Origin: Lachnospira sp.
GTDB taxonomy: Bacteria > Bacillota > Clostridia > Lachnospirales > Lachnospiraceae
Direction of reading: 5' to 3'
Length of the DNA stretch: 57,824 bases
Assembly (NCBI GenBank): GCA_028693195.1
Contig: JAQUVV010000001.1
Coordinates: 1 to 57,824, forward strand
In this document: positions 30,201-38,629 of the stretch, in pieces
How the letters are laid out: every line of letters begins with the position of its first letter
How positions within the stretch are numbered: the stretch's first letter is position 1
Notes under the pieces: model-generated
Databases searched by the model: none
The model's input: the letters and a program-made list of their open reading frames with translations, nothing else
What the model was told of the DNA's origin: nothing
Position numbers and translations under genes: made by a program

Positions 30201-31138
30201 CCACTGGAAGTACTGCCTCCATCAGCCTCGGAATTTACCGCTACCGCAAAACTCTTTTTATCTGCTGACTGCGCCTCTGCATCTTTATACAGTGCTACAT
30301 TTACAACCTGCTCTGTCACTCCCGGTGTAAAAGTCAACTTTTGATTTACCGGCTCATAATCTACACCTGCCAGGGATGCCTGATCGTTTGTTGTAAACGC
30401 ATATTGTATGGTGCTCCAGATGTTCCCACTTCTTCTTACGTGCACTCTGGCATATCCACTCTCGAAGGTCGTTTCTTTGGGATCAATACTAATAACCGCT
30501 TTTTCACGCTCTCGTTCTTCCTCAATGGTAACCATAAGGCTTCCAATCTCTCCGATTTCTCCTGTGGATGTAGATTCCATAGAAATGGTAAATGGAAGGT
30601 CGTCCTTCACCTCTTCTGGTTTTTCCGATACGATGGAAAAAGTAGCCGTACTTTCTCCTGCCGGAAAATGCAGTTCAAAAGTCGCACTTTTCATGGACTC
30701 ATCAGTGTCTTTTTTATTCTCAGTCTGAGGGGTTGTCTCTGTCTCCTCACTCTGGGTGCTAGAATCCGTATTCACCGTGTCTTTTCCCGGATATACCTCA
30801 TAGGTAGACACCGTTCCATATACTCGATTGGCACTTCCTTCGACTTCACTCCCATCTTCCAGCACAATATGATAATCTTCCCCATATCCTGCCAACAGAT
30901 CCATCGTGGAAAAGGTTACAGTCGTATCTTGACTGAGATCTCCCTGGCGTTTCACCTGGCACTCCACCTTATCATCCATACTCATAAGAATAGCATTCTG
31001 GACAAAAGTAAAAGCTTCAGCCCCCGCAGGCTCTTCTGCCCGGGCTGGAAGCGCAGGCGTGACAGTCAAAACCACTGCCAGCCCCAGTCCAATCCACCGT
31101 CTCCAATGTAGTCTTTTCGTTCTGTCCTGATATTTCAT
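24206..31138 (-). CDS. 2310-aa cell-wall-anchored surface protein (Calx-beta-like, CARDB/Ig-like, Big_2-like domains)
   Basis: Signal peptide ending PARA; 'AGVDYEPVNQKLTFTPG' Calx-beta-like; 'PEIATIDSNGVVTGVKSG' Ig-like; C-terminal SADTGD + TM + basic tail. Confidence 0.8.
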   Translation of the reverse strand: MKYQDRTKRLHWRRWIGLGLAVVLTVTPALPARAEEPAGAEAFTFVQNAILMSMDDKVECQVKRQGDLSQDTTVTFSTMDLLAGYGEDYHIVLEDGSEVEGSANRVYGTVSTYEVYPGKDTVNTDSSTQSEETETTPQTENKKDTDESMKSATFELHFPAGESTATFSIVSEKPEEVKDDLPFTISMESTSTGEIGEIGSLMVTIEEEREREKAVISIDPKETTFESGYARVHVRRSGNIWSTIQYAFTTNDQASLAGVDYEPVNQKLTFTPGVTEQVVNVALYKDAEAQSADKKSFAVAVNSEADGGSTSSGSIEYAAQDVATTQTATTERNRIELPVYIGNGGFKKSTANGDKTECVTADTNTGQGIYMRTDLNFGSIFNDDKGVSAVYFGNNMDVSGKGTADIVAAADKIDFTGISGFEVEIKTGSGDDNDYFVAYASDTDLCKQHDAQKNLAKNKTGLRLTFETLEAENSYNIKTYDNCFNVAGKHNLFLTMSHAENTGDEKFWVKNFALIKRDYYLHPNLAKIIDSSGKEMKNAAQPSDQMFTLTSDANVQVGSNPERCPVYNGETFRYSDTPAANTSYELKGFEYRDSTGSWKTLESDGEQKNAEISNMFTVDSELIINALGENKFKDTEYAKEKVIQIRPVYEVNNAEIQVTENANYASANLKLEIDENHNKALLKDKDGKTQGAVKWNSHELIPGAILNFEEDTEVELASNDYILLGYIVKYTAAGGNKSNSNEKNYIGATREITVEPGVYEVQPIFVKGDYVPRLIVKNGGLEGADFTGRSKADKDSDGTYISSVFLDPSDLSKEKEIESENLTPDTIAGLCAKAPKGYRCQWSYRNVASNKTVTVYGEAFYYRFQMPSVASDNTITLEFVQVKDGEETKDLVIKPTVSRQAGTILERPTENSSKYEPIEGAEVSIGAYRGITDAKGVTQLVEGKTDTTMDVIVGEQRTVYVEYNHMQYVQTMQMKLNESGDTSVAQELKLSYYSGPYVEEMCYVDGNGDVYSTSTVSCEPLVTTTFYMKLNAMNRHINQVLLYLQGTDGVEKTYKAELCEDTYKYKCELNLGEITIPGAELYVELLYDDDKGNVTSYGKEQSGYNLAEFMDWNSVIYLPAMGIDVPAADAMGVKPGLQLGNFTVSPMFSFKGVSPILNVMNKGDMVYINVGASIGVYQKKSGQQAVASDKKIGAIDKYKEDMLSAINDASVWKNKASYGSFFKDHEEKASFTVSVTVCAQVVLANANGKCYYAGTYLYVGAGETADFTETFMVGVWPLPIIVRLSETVKGGFKVGLMPKNGWGAMDKISTQASNSYMSHVDLNFDIIGGVALGTGFKNVLDIELGGNLTSTLVVSDFSKGTETISFDGIVSMQLILGQASYKFNIASHTWKFGYDEVTQAEGQSDFYSQAIEEQLAKFQLTDFSWPTVGTISKDNVDMDTKAAYTPSIYPLANSDTKYVVFYTRKETMESKVPVLFCGIWDTEQSKMVQETPINQTQEGVENVEYAPVAVEIATDKFMVAYSSMEVPEGATELKIWEQSSQIQTAIVDVSKIEQGTDEAVANRSVISSSATESQKDAMKVGKLVYDEAHQSVLMLYSEARVSELNENSQMSDYLKMTQTSNYASCNTEQKGEDTKWNKGQASIDALSENQNINSTDISLVSTKDGQTPICLYTAGTLNDKGYEGNNNVYYRVLNYQDDSSYKTGEAVQITDGEQKASRTQLCSADAMVGTTNTVAVWAKDQTLTYTDLSQLLEGDADHAKVEISMNEESADATYQNLQLHAHQDRMYVTWTQPAVVADENTGNLISTSEIHALSASSVKLDGEEDYTTYWTGSVQLQDQPAGEYVASYVRPNAELVYLYTKGDGEVTVETAFQKYALDVDKMEVTKSFPRAGETVQAYVTVVNNGIDVLPEAEVALTPVDVSGKQISGTKVQTQKVSNLYAGHPQTVSFDYTTPNGEETQFRIEVTGTGATAMTKTLPALYKYTDNGLVFTGISYEMQQYPEQADQDGMATCHVRAGVKNMGSSRSRTYTLDMQYMPDVSFSTTKAEESAESVAKSAGSITIPELDAGEETRLEFDIRLDVADGQNGENWLEARGNGTNSGDSMPKGSEDMLGYVPLYACLCEEYGTNNQNIIDYADAFVIIEKAPSAGGLTSEKLVVGEGQSILAKYSFTNSMAALYSTLEFSTDQPEIATIDSNGVVTGVKSGTCKGIIRVAGLEQPIEFEIQVTKEAQTPDNGSDGDSGDGSDVKPGDGAGNDSGGSNKSDKTGKDSQKNKSADTGDTTTTSLWMIILIGSLCVIASILRRKRRYYE

Positions 31139-31153
31139 GGATTGCCGCCCCCT

Positions 31154-34100
31154 TTAATGCTTTCTTTTTGCAATAATGCAACTTGTTCCTGCTACCAGCG
31201 AAATCAGAATGAACACAATCCATAAATTTATAGACGTATAATCACCGGTTGCCGCTGCTTCTGTGCTATCACCAGCTAAATGATTGCCACCATTTTTAGA
31301 ATCGTCGGTTGCTTTATTGTCATCTGAATTGTTGTCGTTGGGATGTTCCCCATCCGAATCATCTTCGTCTGGCTGGACATCATTTGGATTTCCAAGATAG
31401 TCTACTCGCTTGGTAACCTCATCAATAGCGTAATTCTCCAACAAACTATCCTGATATGCTGCTTTAACCAGAATATCCGTATATTCTGTTCCCTTCTCCA
31501 TGTATAACTTGGAAACATAACTTCCGCTTTCCTGATCATCTTGCATAACAATTTCTTCTTCAATTCCTTGTTCTGTACCAAGGGGTTGATAAATCAAACC
31601 CAGTTTTGAATAAGAGAATCGAACCGTTCCATTTGGTCTGCCAAGCACTCCATCAAAGATGACTTTCACGTAGGTTTTGTGATCCTCTAAAGTAATAGTT
31701 GCCTTTTTCTTTTCAATTGTAACGGAACAACTCACTTCGTCCGCTGTAAAATTCCTGCTGATTCCCATATTAGCAAGTGATGCCTTCTCCACGTAATCGC
31801 CAGCATTGATTATTTTTTGTATCTGCACCTCTTTATCTCCATTATTACCAGAAATTTTCCGGTAGAACTTGTAGCTCATGGCCTTTTGAATCGCACTTAC
31901 TTCCTCTGGGGTTAATACATATTCACTGCCTGTTTCTACCCGAATATGATCCACATTGACTTGATGTCCATTTCCATCGTAAGTTACCCTCTCGTCCTGA
32001 AGATCAAACAATATCTTGCATGGCTGAATGACTATTTCCCCTAAGGTTTCTGTTACCAGTTTATAATTGGTGGTTCCCTCTATATCTGCCTTTGCCATAA
32101 TATCATACGTCCCGGCATCCTTTGGACCATCTGTCATCCAATACTCCGCCTCTTCTGCCCGGTATAAGAAGGCAATTCCGTCCCGAATGGCTGTCTGGTC
32201 TGTCTTTGGCAAGGAATTCAGACCCTCAATACTGTAATCACCATCTTTCACAGTAAATCTTTGCTTATCGTAAGTCTTTTTCTTTTTCTCTATAGAAACC
32301 GTAAGCATCTTCGGTTCTACTTTTAGTGTCGCAGAATTTTGCTGGGTATCCAGATTATAATTGGTTCTCACAATCTCCGGCTTTACATAATACGTTCCTG
32401 CATCTACAGGTGCATTTTCCAGAGTGTTTGTGCATGCTTGGTCTGTATAATACTTCAATTCATACGCAATATGTTGACTTACATCTTGACCCGTTCCATT
32501 TTCTGTAAATGTAGCCTTAAAATCAGATTTATCATAAGTGTCCCCATAAGTCTTTGTTACATCATCTAGATGTCCACTTATCGGAGATGGTTCAATTTGT
32601 AGATACAAAGAATCTGTGTCTGCTGTAAAATTCTTAGTCTCTGCAATGGATGCATCTATGCGATAATATTCTGCATCTTTTGGGAATGCTCCTGCTGCCA
32701 TTTTCTCATACCCAGTGTCTTTTTTCTGGTAATACTCATAGGTAATGGCACCTGTCGATGTCTTGCCCTCAATTTCATAAGCTTTCACTGTAGGGACTGC
32801 CTGATACATGGCCGGCTCCCCTGTATAAGATAACAACGCCGGAGCATCTTCCGTCGTGCTCTCTGGCTGGAACTGAAGCCCTGGGTCTGCCTTTTCAACG
32901 GTAATGGTTACCACGCCGTAGACTGGGGCATAATAGATTCCTTTGCTTTCAAAATCAGGAGAAATTGCCATAAATTGATAGGTTCCTGCGCTCTCTGGAC
33001 TAATAGTAAAAGCCTGATAAACAGTTCCATCCGCCGCTTTTTTCACATGCAGTCTTGACGTCTCCGTCTGTGGCGACTTTATATTAGCTCCCTGGGTTAC
33101 ATCATTATCGCTTGCATCCTTTACCTTTGTATAGAATGTAAATGATTTTCCAAATTCACAGGTAAAGTTCGTGGCACTTGTTGTATCCGTTTTCGATTTA
33201 GAAAATACAACTGTTCCTTGAGATTTTGCCACCTTCGCAACATCAAAAGAACCAATCTCTGACGGAGCAATTGACAACCACCCTTTTTCGTTCTCTGTGG
33301 AAATATATTCCGCCTTGTACTCATACTCCGTTGCTCCATTCAATGCACTTGATTGTATGGTATACTCTGCACTTTCCTTGTCATCCAACACTATTTCACC
33401 TGAAGATATTGCCGAATCTGGATTGCCTTTTACCCAGTAGGTGAATTTGATTTTGCCACTTAACGTCGGATTTCCTGTCACTCCAATATTCGCCTTTAGT
33501 GTAACCGATGCAAGGGCTTCACTTCCTCCTGTCACCGTCTGCATAGAGTGCGCCGCAATGATATGCCCCTCAATAGGGGTAATGGTAAGTTTTGTAGTTT
33601 CCTCACGATTTGCATAGTAAGCATCTCCCGGGTAACTTACTTTTACCAGATATTTCCCAGGTTCCGTCGGAGCCTGATCTGAATAGGTTTTTCCGTTATC
33701 ACTACTGTATTGATATACAAGAGGCTCAACCGGCTGACAAAGCCCTGGCACGTTGACACCAGTGATGGTTGCACCCTCATAAGCAATAGCACTTCCAGTA
33801 TATGCCTCTGTCATTCCCTGCTCTTCTTCTGGAAGCGCAATCTGAGGGATTGCCTTTTGAACAGAGACCTTGCAGGTTCCTGTTTTTTCTGGATAATGCG
33901 TGTCAACTGGCGTAAAGACATACTCTGCCTGATAACTGTCCCCAATCAGATTCGGATATAAATCCTCGTTCACCCAGCGAGCACTTCCCGCCACGTCGCT
34001 TTCTGTTGCATCTATAGCCGTCACTTTTAATTCTGCATTCTTCAGAGATTGCCCATAAGTAATGGCTTGTTTCGTCTCCCCGCTTGTAGAATAACTGATT

Positions 34101-36019
34101 CTAACCTGTAGTTTTGCCACATTGCTTTTTGAATGATTGTATGGAATAACGTAATCCTCCAGCCCCGCCTGCACATAATATGTGCCTTGCTCTGCTGGTG
34201 GTGTAGCCATTTCTTCTCCCAGTTCTCCTGTAGATTCATTAAATGTCTTGTAATAGCGGTAAATCAGTCTCTGGGCAATACTGCTTTGGGCAAAATACTT
34301 CTCTGGCAGCAGTTTTGTCTGATCCTTCGGATAAGGATATTCTGTTTTCTCTTCCTCATAGTCCAGTGCCACATCATTCAGTTGAATATTTAGGGTTGGT
34401 TTCACATGCGGCTGGAGCCACAAGATTGAATTCGTAACTGTAGTGATCATTTCTCTTTGATCCATCAAATCCCCAGGTGTCCCTCCAACCTCTTGACTGG
34501 TGGGTGCCTGCCGCATCTCCAGATACATAGCCCCCCACTCACCGGTGTAATCTTTGTTTTTCTCCTGATAAATGGTGATTTTAGATCCCACATTCCGGTT
34601 TTCCTCTGACCACCAGTAAGTACCGATTAACTGTGCATCTGCTCCTGTACGGTCATATAGCTTATACTCCTGCTTTTCTGTGGTATCCACTGTATGCTTC
34701 ACTTCAATTGCCCCATCTGGTGCAGCATCTTTATCATTGATTACGGTCTGAAACTGCACATCAAATTCCTGGTTTATAATGGCTGGCATAACTTCTATGG
34801 TATTCATATCCGCCTGATATGTTTCCTGTAGATATTGAATTAATTCCGGTGTAACCACGAAGTTCTGCTTGTTGACCAGTTCCCAATAAAGTGTCGGGTT
34901 TTCCTCACTTAGAATCGTATAATCAGAGCAATTTGCATTTTCATCCATAAACGCTTTGACCACAGTCTCGGCTTCTGGAAGAAGGCTGCCATCGTCCTCC
35001 ACCTGAGTTTCACTTGGTATAAACACCTTATATGTTCCATTCCGATACGCATCACTTGCATTGTCATTTTCATCTGTTGTCTTGGTACTCTCCAGCTTTT
35101 CGGTATTAATAGCAATTGCATATCCCATCGTCCGAAGCCCGTTGTTACCAGCGAGATCTGTATAGGATACGCCTACTTCTTCATCTCTATACAGGGTACA
35201 GTTCCAATGATCACTATCCACATTCCCCCTGTTCTTCCCAGCTATATTTGCTTCAATGTTCCCAATAAGCCCATCGCCTTTCATATACCCTACTGTTCTT
35301 GTCTCCACCAAGTTCAAATAATACTGGCGCAGCTCCATAGTCAATGGAATTGTCTCTATGTTTTTCGCCTCTGGGTCAATAGAATCAAAAGCACAAACTT
35401 TGTCGGAATTCCCATAATGCACCTTCACATCATATCCATTACTTGCCTCATGGCCTCCTGCGTTGAGAAACAAGTACTTTGTGTTGTCATTGCCCCATTT
35501 CCCATTATATTTTACATAAGAAGTCAAGTCACAAGTTGCCGCTAGTACATTGCGGTTCTTCATCCAGTTGGAGTCAAAATCCGGACCAATGGTAGAGTTT
35601 TTCAGCACCCATCCCGGGAAATTTGATGTCAATTTGTTCTTGGAATCCATCTGGGAGGCATACGTATTATCTGCCGAGATATGACCAGTCTGGGTAGAAC
35701 TGTCACTAAAAATGAATCCTGTATCAATGTACTGCTCTTTCATACCCTCTTCCGCATGAACACTTCCATATACACGTTTGACACCGGTTAAATTAATGGG
35801 GTCGTTAAGACGTAAATTGACGAAGAAGGTATTGGCATTCTTTATCCCTGCCTGATCATTCCCCCTCAAATCCAGCTCATCATATGACTTGTTATAAATC
35901 TCCTGATCCGTAGCATAGTTTTCATTCACCAGATTATGAAAAGTCCAATGATCGTCCTTGTCATTCAACCCACCTGTCCAGCAATTAGGTACTGAATTAG
36001 CATTATCTTTTGAAATCAT
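31154..36019 (-). CDS. 1621-aa cell-wall-anchored surface protein with MBG/Ig-like repeats (lacks its own signal peptide)
   Basis: Repeated 'P.DAGTY.V' modules; C-terminal AAATGD + TM + KRKH. Confidence 0.75.
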   Translation of the reverse strand: MISKDNANSVPNCWTGGLNDKDDHWTFHNLVNENYATDQEIYNKSYDELDLRGNDQAGIKNANTFFVNLRLNDPINLTGVKRVYGSVHAEEGMKEQYIDTGFIFSDSSTQTGHISADNTYASQMDSKNKLTSNFPGWVLKNSTIGPDFDSNWMKNRNVLAATCDLTSYVKYNGKWGNDNTKYLFLNAGGHEASNGYDVKVHYGNSDKVCAFDSIDPEAKNIETIPLTMELRQYYLNLVETRTVGYMKGDGLIGNIEANIAGKNRGNVDSDHWNCTLYRDEEVGVSYTDLAGNNGLRTMGYAIAINTEKLESTKTTDENDNASDAYRNGTYKVFIPSETQVEDDGSLLPEAETVVKAFMDENANCSDYTILSEENPTLYWELVNKQNFVVTPELIQYLQETYQADMNTIEVMPAIINQEFDVQFQTVINDKDAAPDGAIEVKHTVDTTEKQEYKLYDRTGADAQLIGTYWWSEENRNVGSKITIYQEKNKDYTGEWGAMYLEMRQAPTSQEVGGTPGDLMDQREMITTVTNSILWLQPHVKPTLNIQLNDVALDYEEEKTEYPYPKDQTKLLPEKYFAQSSIAQRLIYRYYKTFNESTGELGEEMATPPAEQGTYYVQAGLEDYVIPYNHSKSNVAKLQVRISYSTSGETKQAITYGQSLKNAELKVTAIDATESDVAGSARWVNEDLYPNLIGDSYQAEYVFTPVDTHYPEKTGTCKVSVQKAIPQIALPEEEQGMTEAYTGSAIAYEGATITGVNVPGLCQPVEPLVYQYSSDNGKTYSDQAPTEPGKYLVKVSYPGDAYYANREETTKLTITPIEGHIIAAHSMQTVTGGSEALASVTLKANIGVTGNPTLSGKIKFTYWVKGNPDSAISSGEIVLDDKESAEYTIQSSALNGATEYEYKAEYISTENEKGWLSIAPSEIGSFDVAKVAKSQGTVVFSKSKTDTTSATNFTCEFGKSFTFYTKVKDASDNDVTQGANIKSPQTETSRLHVKKAADGTVYQAFTISPESAGTYQFMAISPDFESKGIYYAPVYGVVTITVEKADPGLQFQPESTTEDAPALLSYTGEPAMYQAVPTVKAYEIEGKTSTGAITYEYYQKKDTGYEKMAAGAFPKDAEYYRIDASIAETKNFTADTDSLYLQIEPSPISGHLDDVTKTYGDTYDKSDFKATFTENGTGQDVSQHIAYELKYYTDQACTNTLENAPVDAGTYYVKPEIVRTNYNLDTQQNSATLKVEPKMLTVSIEKKKKTYDKQRFTVKDGDYSIEGLNSLPKTDQTAIRDGIAFLYRAEEAEYWMTDGPKDAGTYDIMAKADIEGTTNYKLVTETLGEIVIQPCKILFDLQDERVTYDGNGHQVNVDHIRVETGSEYVLTPEEVSAIQKAMSYKFYRKISGNNGDKEVQIQKIINAGDYVEKASLANMGISRNFTADEVSCSVTIEKKKATITLEDHKTYVKVIFDGVLGRPNGTVRFSYSKLGLIYQPLGTEQGIEEEIVMQDDQESGSYVSKLYMEKGTEYTDILVKAAYQDSLLENYAIDEVTKRVDYLGNPNDVQPDEDDSDGEHPNDNNSDDNKATDDSKNGGNHLAGDSTEAAATGDYTSINLWIVFILISLVAGTSCIIAKRKH

Positions 36020-36220
36020 TTAATCTGGCTGATTCTTTGCGATATCCACCAACTCCGCTAGGTCTATTTTTTAATATCCTCTTGTCATGTTAACCACCGC
36101 AGATGTCTTTTTCTCTTCTACCTGAGCTGTCCCGTTACAGCCAAAAACTGCCAGCGTTCCAACGACTGACAGCACCAACATTGTACTCCCTAACTTTCTT
36201 TTAAATGTTTTCTTCATCAT
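36020..36220 (-). pseudogene. In-frame N-terminal extension (signal peptide) of the 31154 gene, interrupted by two TAA codons
   Basis: MMKKTFKRKLGSTMLVLSVVGTLAVFGCNG...RGY* KIDLAELVDIAKNQPD* MISK, all one frame; stops at 36071-36073 and 36020-36022. Confidence 0.75.
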
Positions 36221-36299
36221 ACTCACCCCGATTACTATTTACTCCTATACACAGTTTTCTAAGTCTAGTATATCGAAATAACTTTCCTACTTTAATAGA

Positions 36300-36330
36300 T
36301 AGGGTGTGAAATGTAAGCTTAGGGTGTGAA
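36300..36330 (-). promoter_or_regulatory. 11-bp direct repeat, candidate LytTR binding site for the surface-protein operon
   Basis: TTCACACCCTA-N9-TTCACACCCTA, 27 bp upstream of TATACT (36267-36272). Confidence 0.55.
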
Positions 36331-36981
36331 TAGAAAAGCCAGTTCCTGATCACCTTCTTCTATTTGCGCAATCACTGGTATCCCGGTAAGCTCTTCTACC
36401 ATTTTTATATTATCCTGTTCCATCTGATTCCCTGGATGACAACGATTCATCAGAATTCCTTTTACCTTAATCTGGCGGCTCTTCATATAATAGGCACTCA
36501 AACCGATCCCATTAATTGTTCCAAGTCCCGCATCTGCCACTAGGAGAGTATCCAAATTTAATAACTTTATGATGTCCTCTTGCCATATCTTCTGTTCATC
36601 ATATCGGATTGGACATAAAACACCTCCGCTGCCTTCTACCACCATGTACTCATGTTTTTGACTGATTCTATAATAACATTCCTTTACCACATCCAGCGAT
36701 ACCGGATTCCCCTCTAACTGTGAAGCCAAATGCGGGGAAACTGCTCTTTCATATACGTAAGGAATCATCTCATCCAGATTTCCCTTCATACCACTTATTC
36801 TATTTACTAAGGCAGCATCTCCAGGCACTAATTTCCCATCTTCCCAGAGATTCCCACTTGCAGCCGCTTTAAAATAACCTGCATTAATTCCTTTCTTCCG
36901 AAGATTTTTCACCAGCAGACCTGACACATAAGTTTTGCCCACATCTGTCCCGGTTCCTACAATAAAAATACCTTTACTCAT
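36319..36981 (-). CDS. bioD: Dethiobiotin synthase
   Basis: GTGTDVGKT, SPHLA, VVEGSGG, LGTIN. Confidence 0.93.
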   Translation of the reverse strand: MSKGIFIVGTGTDVGKTYVSGLLVKNLRKKGINAGYFKAAASGNLWEDGKLVPGDAALVNRISGMKGNLDEMIPYVYERAVSPHLASQLEGNPVSLDVVKECYYRISQKHEYMVVEGSGGVLCPIRYDEQKIWQEDIIKLLNLDTLLVADAGLGTINGIGLSAYYMKSRQIKVKGILMNRCHPGNQMEQDNIKMVEELTGIPVIAQIEEGDQELAFLFTP

Positions 36982-37951
36982 TCCATAACCTCGGTTCATA
37001 TCCTAATTCATTCAACATCTGCATATCTGTCTCAATGGTAATACCAGCAGTGGTCAGCATGTCACCTGAAATAGCTGCATTAGCACCAGCGCAAAAACAG
37101 GCTCTTCCTTTATCTGACAAAAGACCTCTCCCGCCTGCAAGTCGTATGGACGCATCTGGCAAAATGAAACGAAAAATTGCAACAATCCTTTGCATATCGT
37201 CGCTGGAAAGCTTCTGATTGTGTTCATAAGGCGTTCCCGGAATGGGATTCAGCATATTGATAGGAACAGATTTAATACCAAGCTCTTTCAAAGAAAACGC
37301 CAAATCAATGCGGTCTCCCATGGTTTCCCCTAGTCCCATAATGCCACCGCTACAAACGGAAAGTCCCGCTCTTTTTGCCGCTTTAATTGCCTTGATTTTG
37401 TCTTCAAAACTGTGTGTGGTACAGACATTTGAGAAATTGTCTGCAGAGGTTTCTAAATTGTTGTGTGCTCTAGTAACTCCTGCCTTTTTCAATTCGAGAA
37501 AATCCTTCTCCTCAAGTAATCCCATAGATACACATACTTCCATTCCCGTTTCCTTCTTTACTCTGCGAATGGATTCACATGCCTGAGCCACTTCCCCTGC
37601 ATTTAATTTTTTCCCGGATGTAACCAGGGAAAAACGCAGCACACCACGCTGGTCATTGTATTTTGCCTGATCCACAATTTCTCTGGATTCAAGCAATGGA
37701 TAACTTTCCAACTCTGTTGGATAGAACGATGATTGAGCACAATATTTACAATCCTCTGTACACCGTCCGCTTTTAGCGTTAATGATTGTACAGATGTCAA
37801 ATCCTGTACCACAGAAGCTTTCTCGTATCTCATTTGCCGCCATCGTAAGTTCCTGTAGATCTGTCCTTATTAATTCCTGGGCCTCCCGCTTTGTAATCCC
37901 ACCATTCTTTAATACATTTTCTTTTAATCTCTGTAATTCCTGTTCCATCAT
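36974..37951 (-). CDS. bioB: Biotin synthase
   Basis: CTEDCKYCAQS, HNNLETS, CSGGIMGLGE, VPIN, IRLAGGR. Confidence 0.96.
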   Translation of the reverse strand: MMEQELQRLKENVLKNGGITKREAQELIRTDLQELTMAANEIRESFCGTGFDICTIINAKSGRCTEDCKYCAQSSFYPTELESYPLLESREIVDQAKYNDQRGVLRFSLVTSGKKLNAGEVAQACESIRRVKKETGMEVCVSMGLLEEKDFLELKKAGVTRAHNNLETSADNFSNVCTTHSFEDKIKAIKAAKRAGLSVCSGGIMGLGETMGDRIDLAFSLKELGIKSVPINMLNPIPGTPYEHNQKLSSDDMQRIVAIFRFILPDASIRLAGGRGLLSDKGRACFCAGANAAISGDMLTTAGITIETDMQMLNELGYEPRLWNE

Positions 37952-37970
37952 CTATTCCACCTTTTCTATT

Positions 37971-38522
37971 CTACTGCCTTTTTACAACGGGTACCAATCT
38001 TACGGCTAACAGTGCCGCCAAAATGCTAAGGAAAACATCCCCAGGCATATCTAATGGGAAGCAATCTGCCAATACCATAGCAAACGCTGTTTTTTCACCA
38101 ACATAGAAATTCAACATCATATATTTGTACACAAGGCCAATTCCATAAGTCACCACAAACCCGCCAAAGGCCGCCAACAGATAACCCTGAAAATTCTTTT
38201 TCTTTATTCTTTCTGCAATGAATCCAGTAACAAAGGCTGCTGCGATAAATCCAAGCAAATATCCAAAGCTAGGTCTGAATATGTAAGTAATACCACCTCC
38301 CGCTGCAAAAATAGGAAGACCTACCAACCCAAGCAAAACATAGACACCCACTGCCATTGCACCATTTCGACTTCCAAGCAGCATACCTGCCATCAAAACA
38401 AATAAAAATTGCAGCGTAAAATAATCCATCCCTGGAACCGGAACCTGAATATACGCTCCAACCGCTGTTAACGCTGTGAATAATCCACACAAAATTAAAT
38501 CTCTGGTCTCAAATCTCTTCAT
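37971..38522 (-). CDS. bioY: Biotin ECF S-component
   Basis: FTLQ, YVLLGLVGLPIFA.GGG...PSFGYLLGF; start at ATG 38522 after GAGGAG. Confidence 0.92.
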   Translation of the reverse strand: MKRFETRDLILCGLFTALTAVGAYIQVPVPGMDYFTLQFLFVLMAGMLLGSRNGAMAVGVYVLLGLVGLPIFAAGGGITYIFRPSFGYLLGFIAAAFVTGFIAERIKKKNFQGYLLAAFGGFVVTYGIGLVYKYMMLNFYVGEKTAFAMVLADCFPLDMPGDVFLSILAALLAVRLVPVVKRQ

Positions 38523-38566
38523 AAAAATCTCCTCTAGTCCTTTGTATTTCAAATAACTTCTCTTCA

Positions 38567-38628
38567 ATTATAACGAAAAAAACCACATTGTCAACCTTTT
38601 CACCCTCTAAGGTTGACAATGTGGTTTT
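38567..38628 (-). promoter_or_regulatory. BirA operator overlapping a consensus sigma-A promoter
   Basis: TTGTCAACC-N14-GGTTGACAA within a 20-bp perfect inverted repeat; TTGACA-16-TATAAT. Confidence 0.85.
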
Positions 38629-38629
38629 C

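Noticed and set aside
30341-31111. 256-aa plus-strand ORF and other short ORFs inside the giant genes
   Set aside because: Antisense to a well-formed 2310-aa gene; composition is not protein-like
36020-36073. Stop-codon reassignment as the explanation for the two in-frame TAA codons
   Set aside because: TAA terminates many neighbouring genes normally, and the remaining 1621 codons contain none
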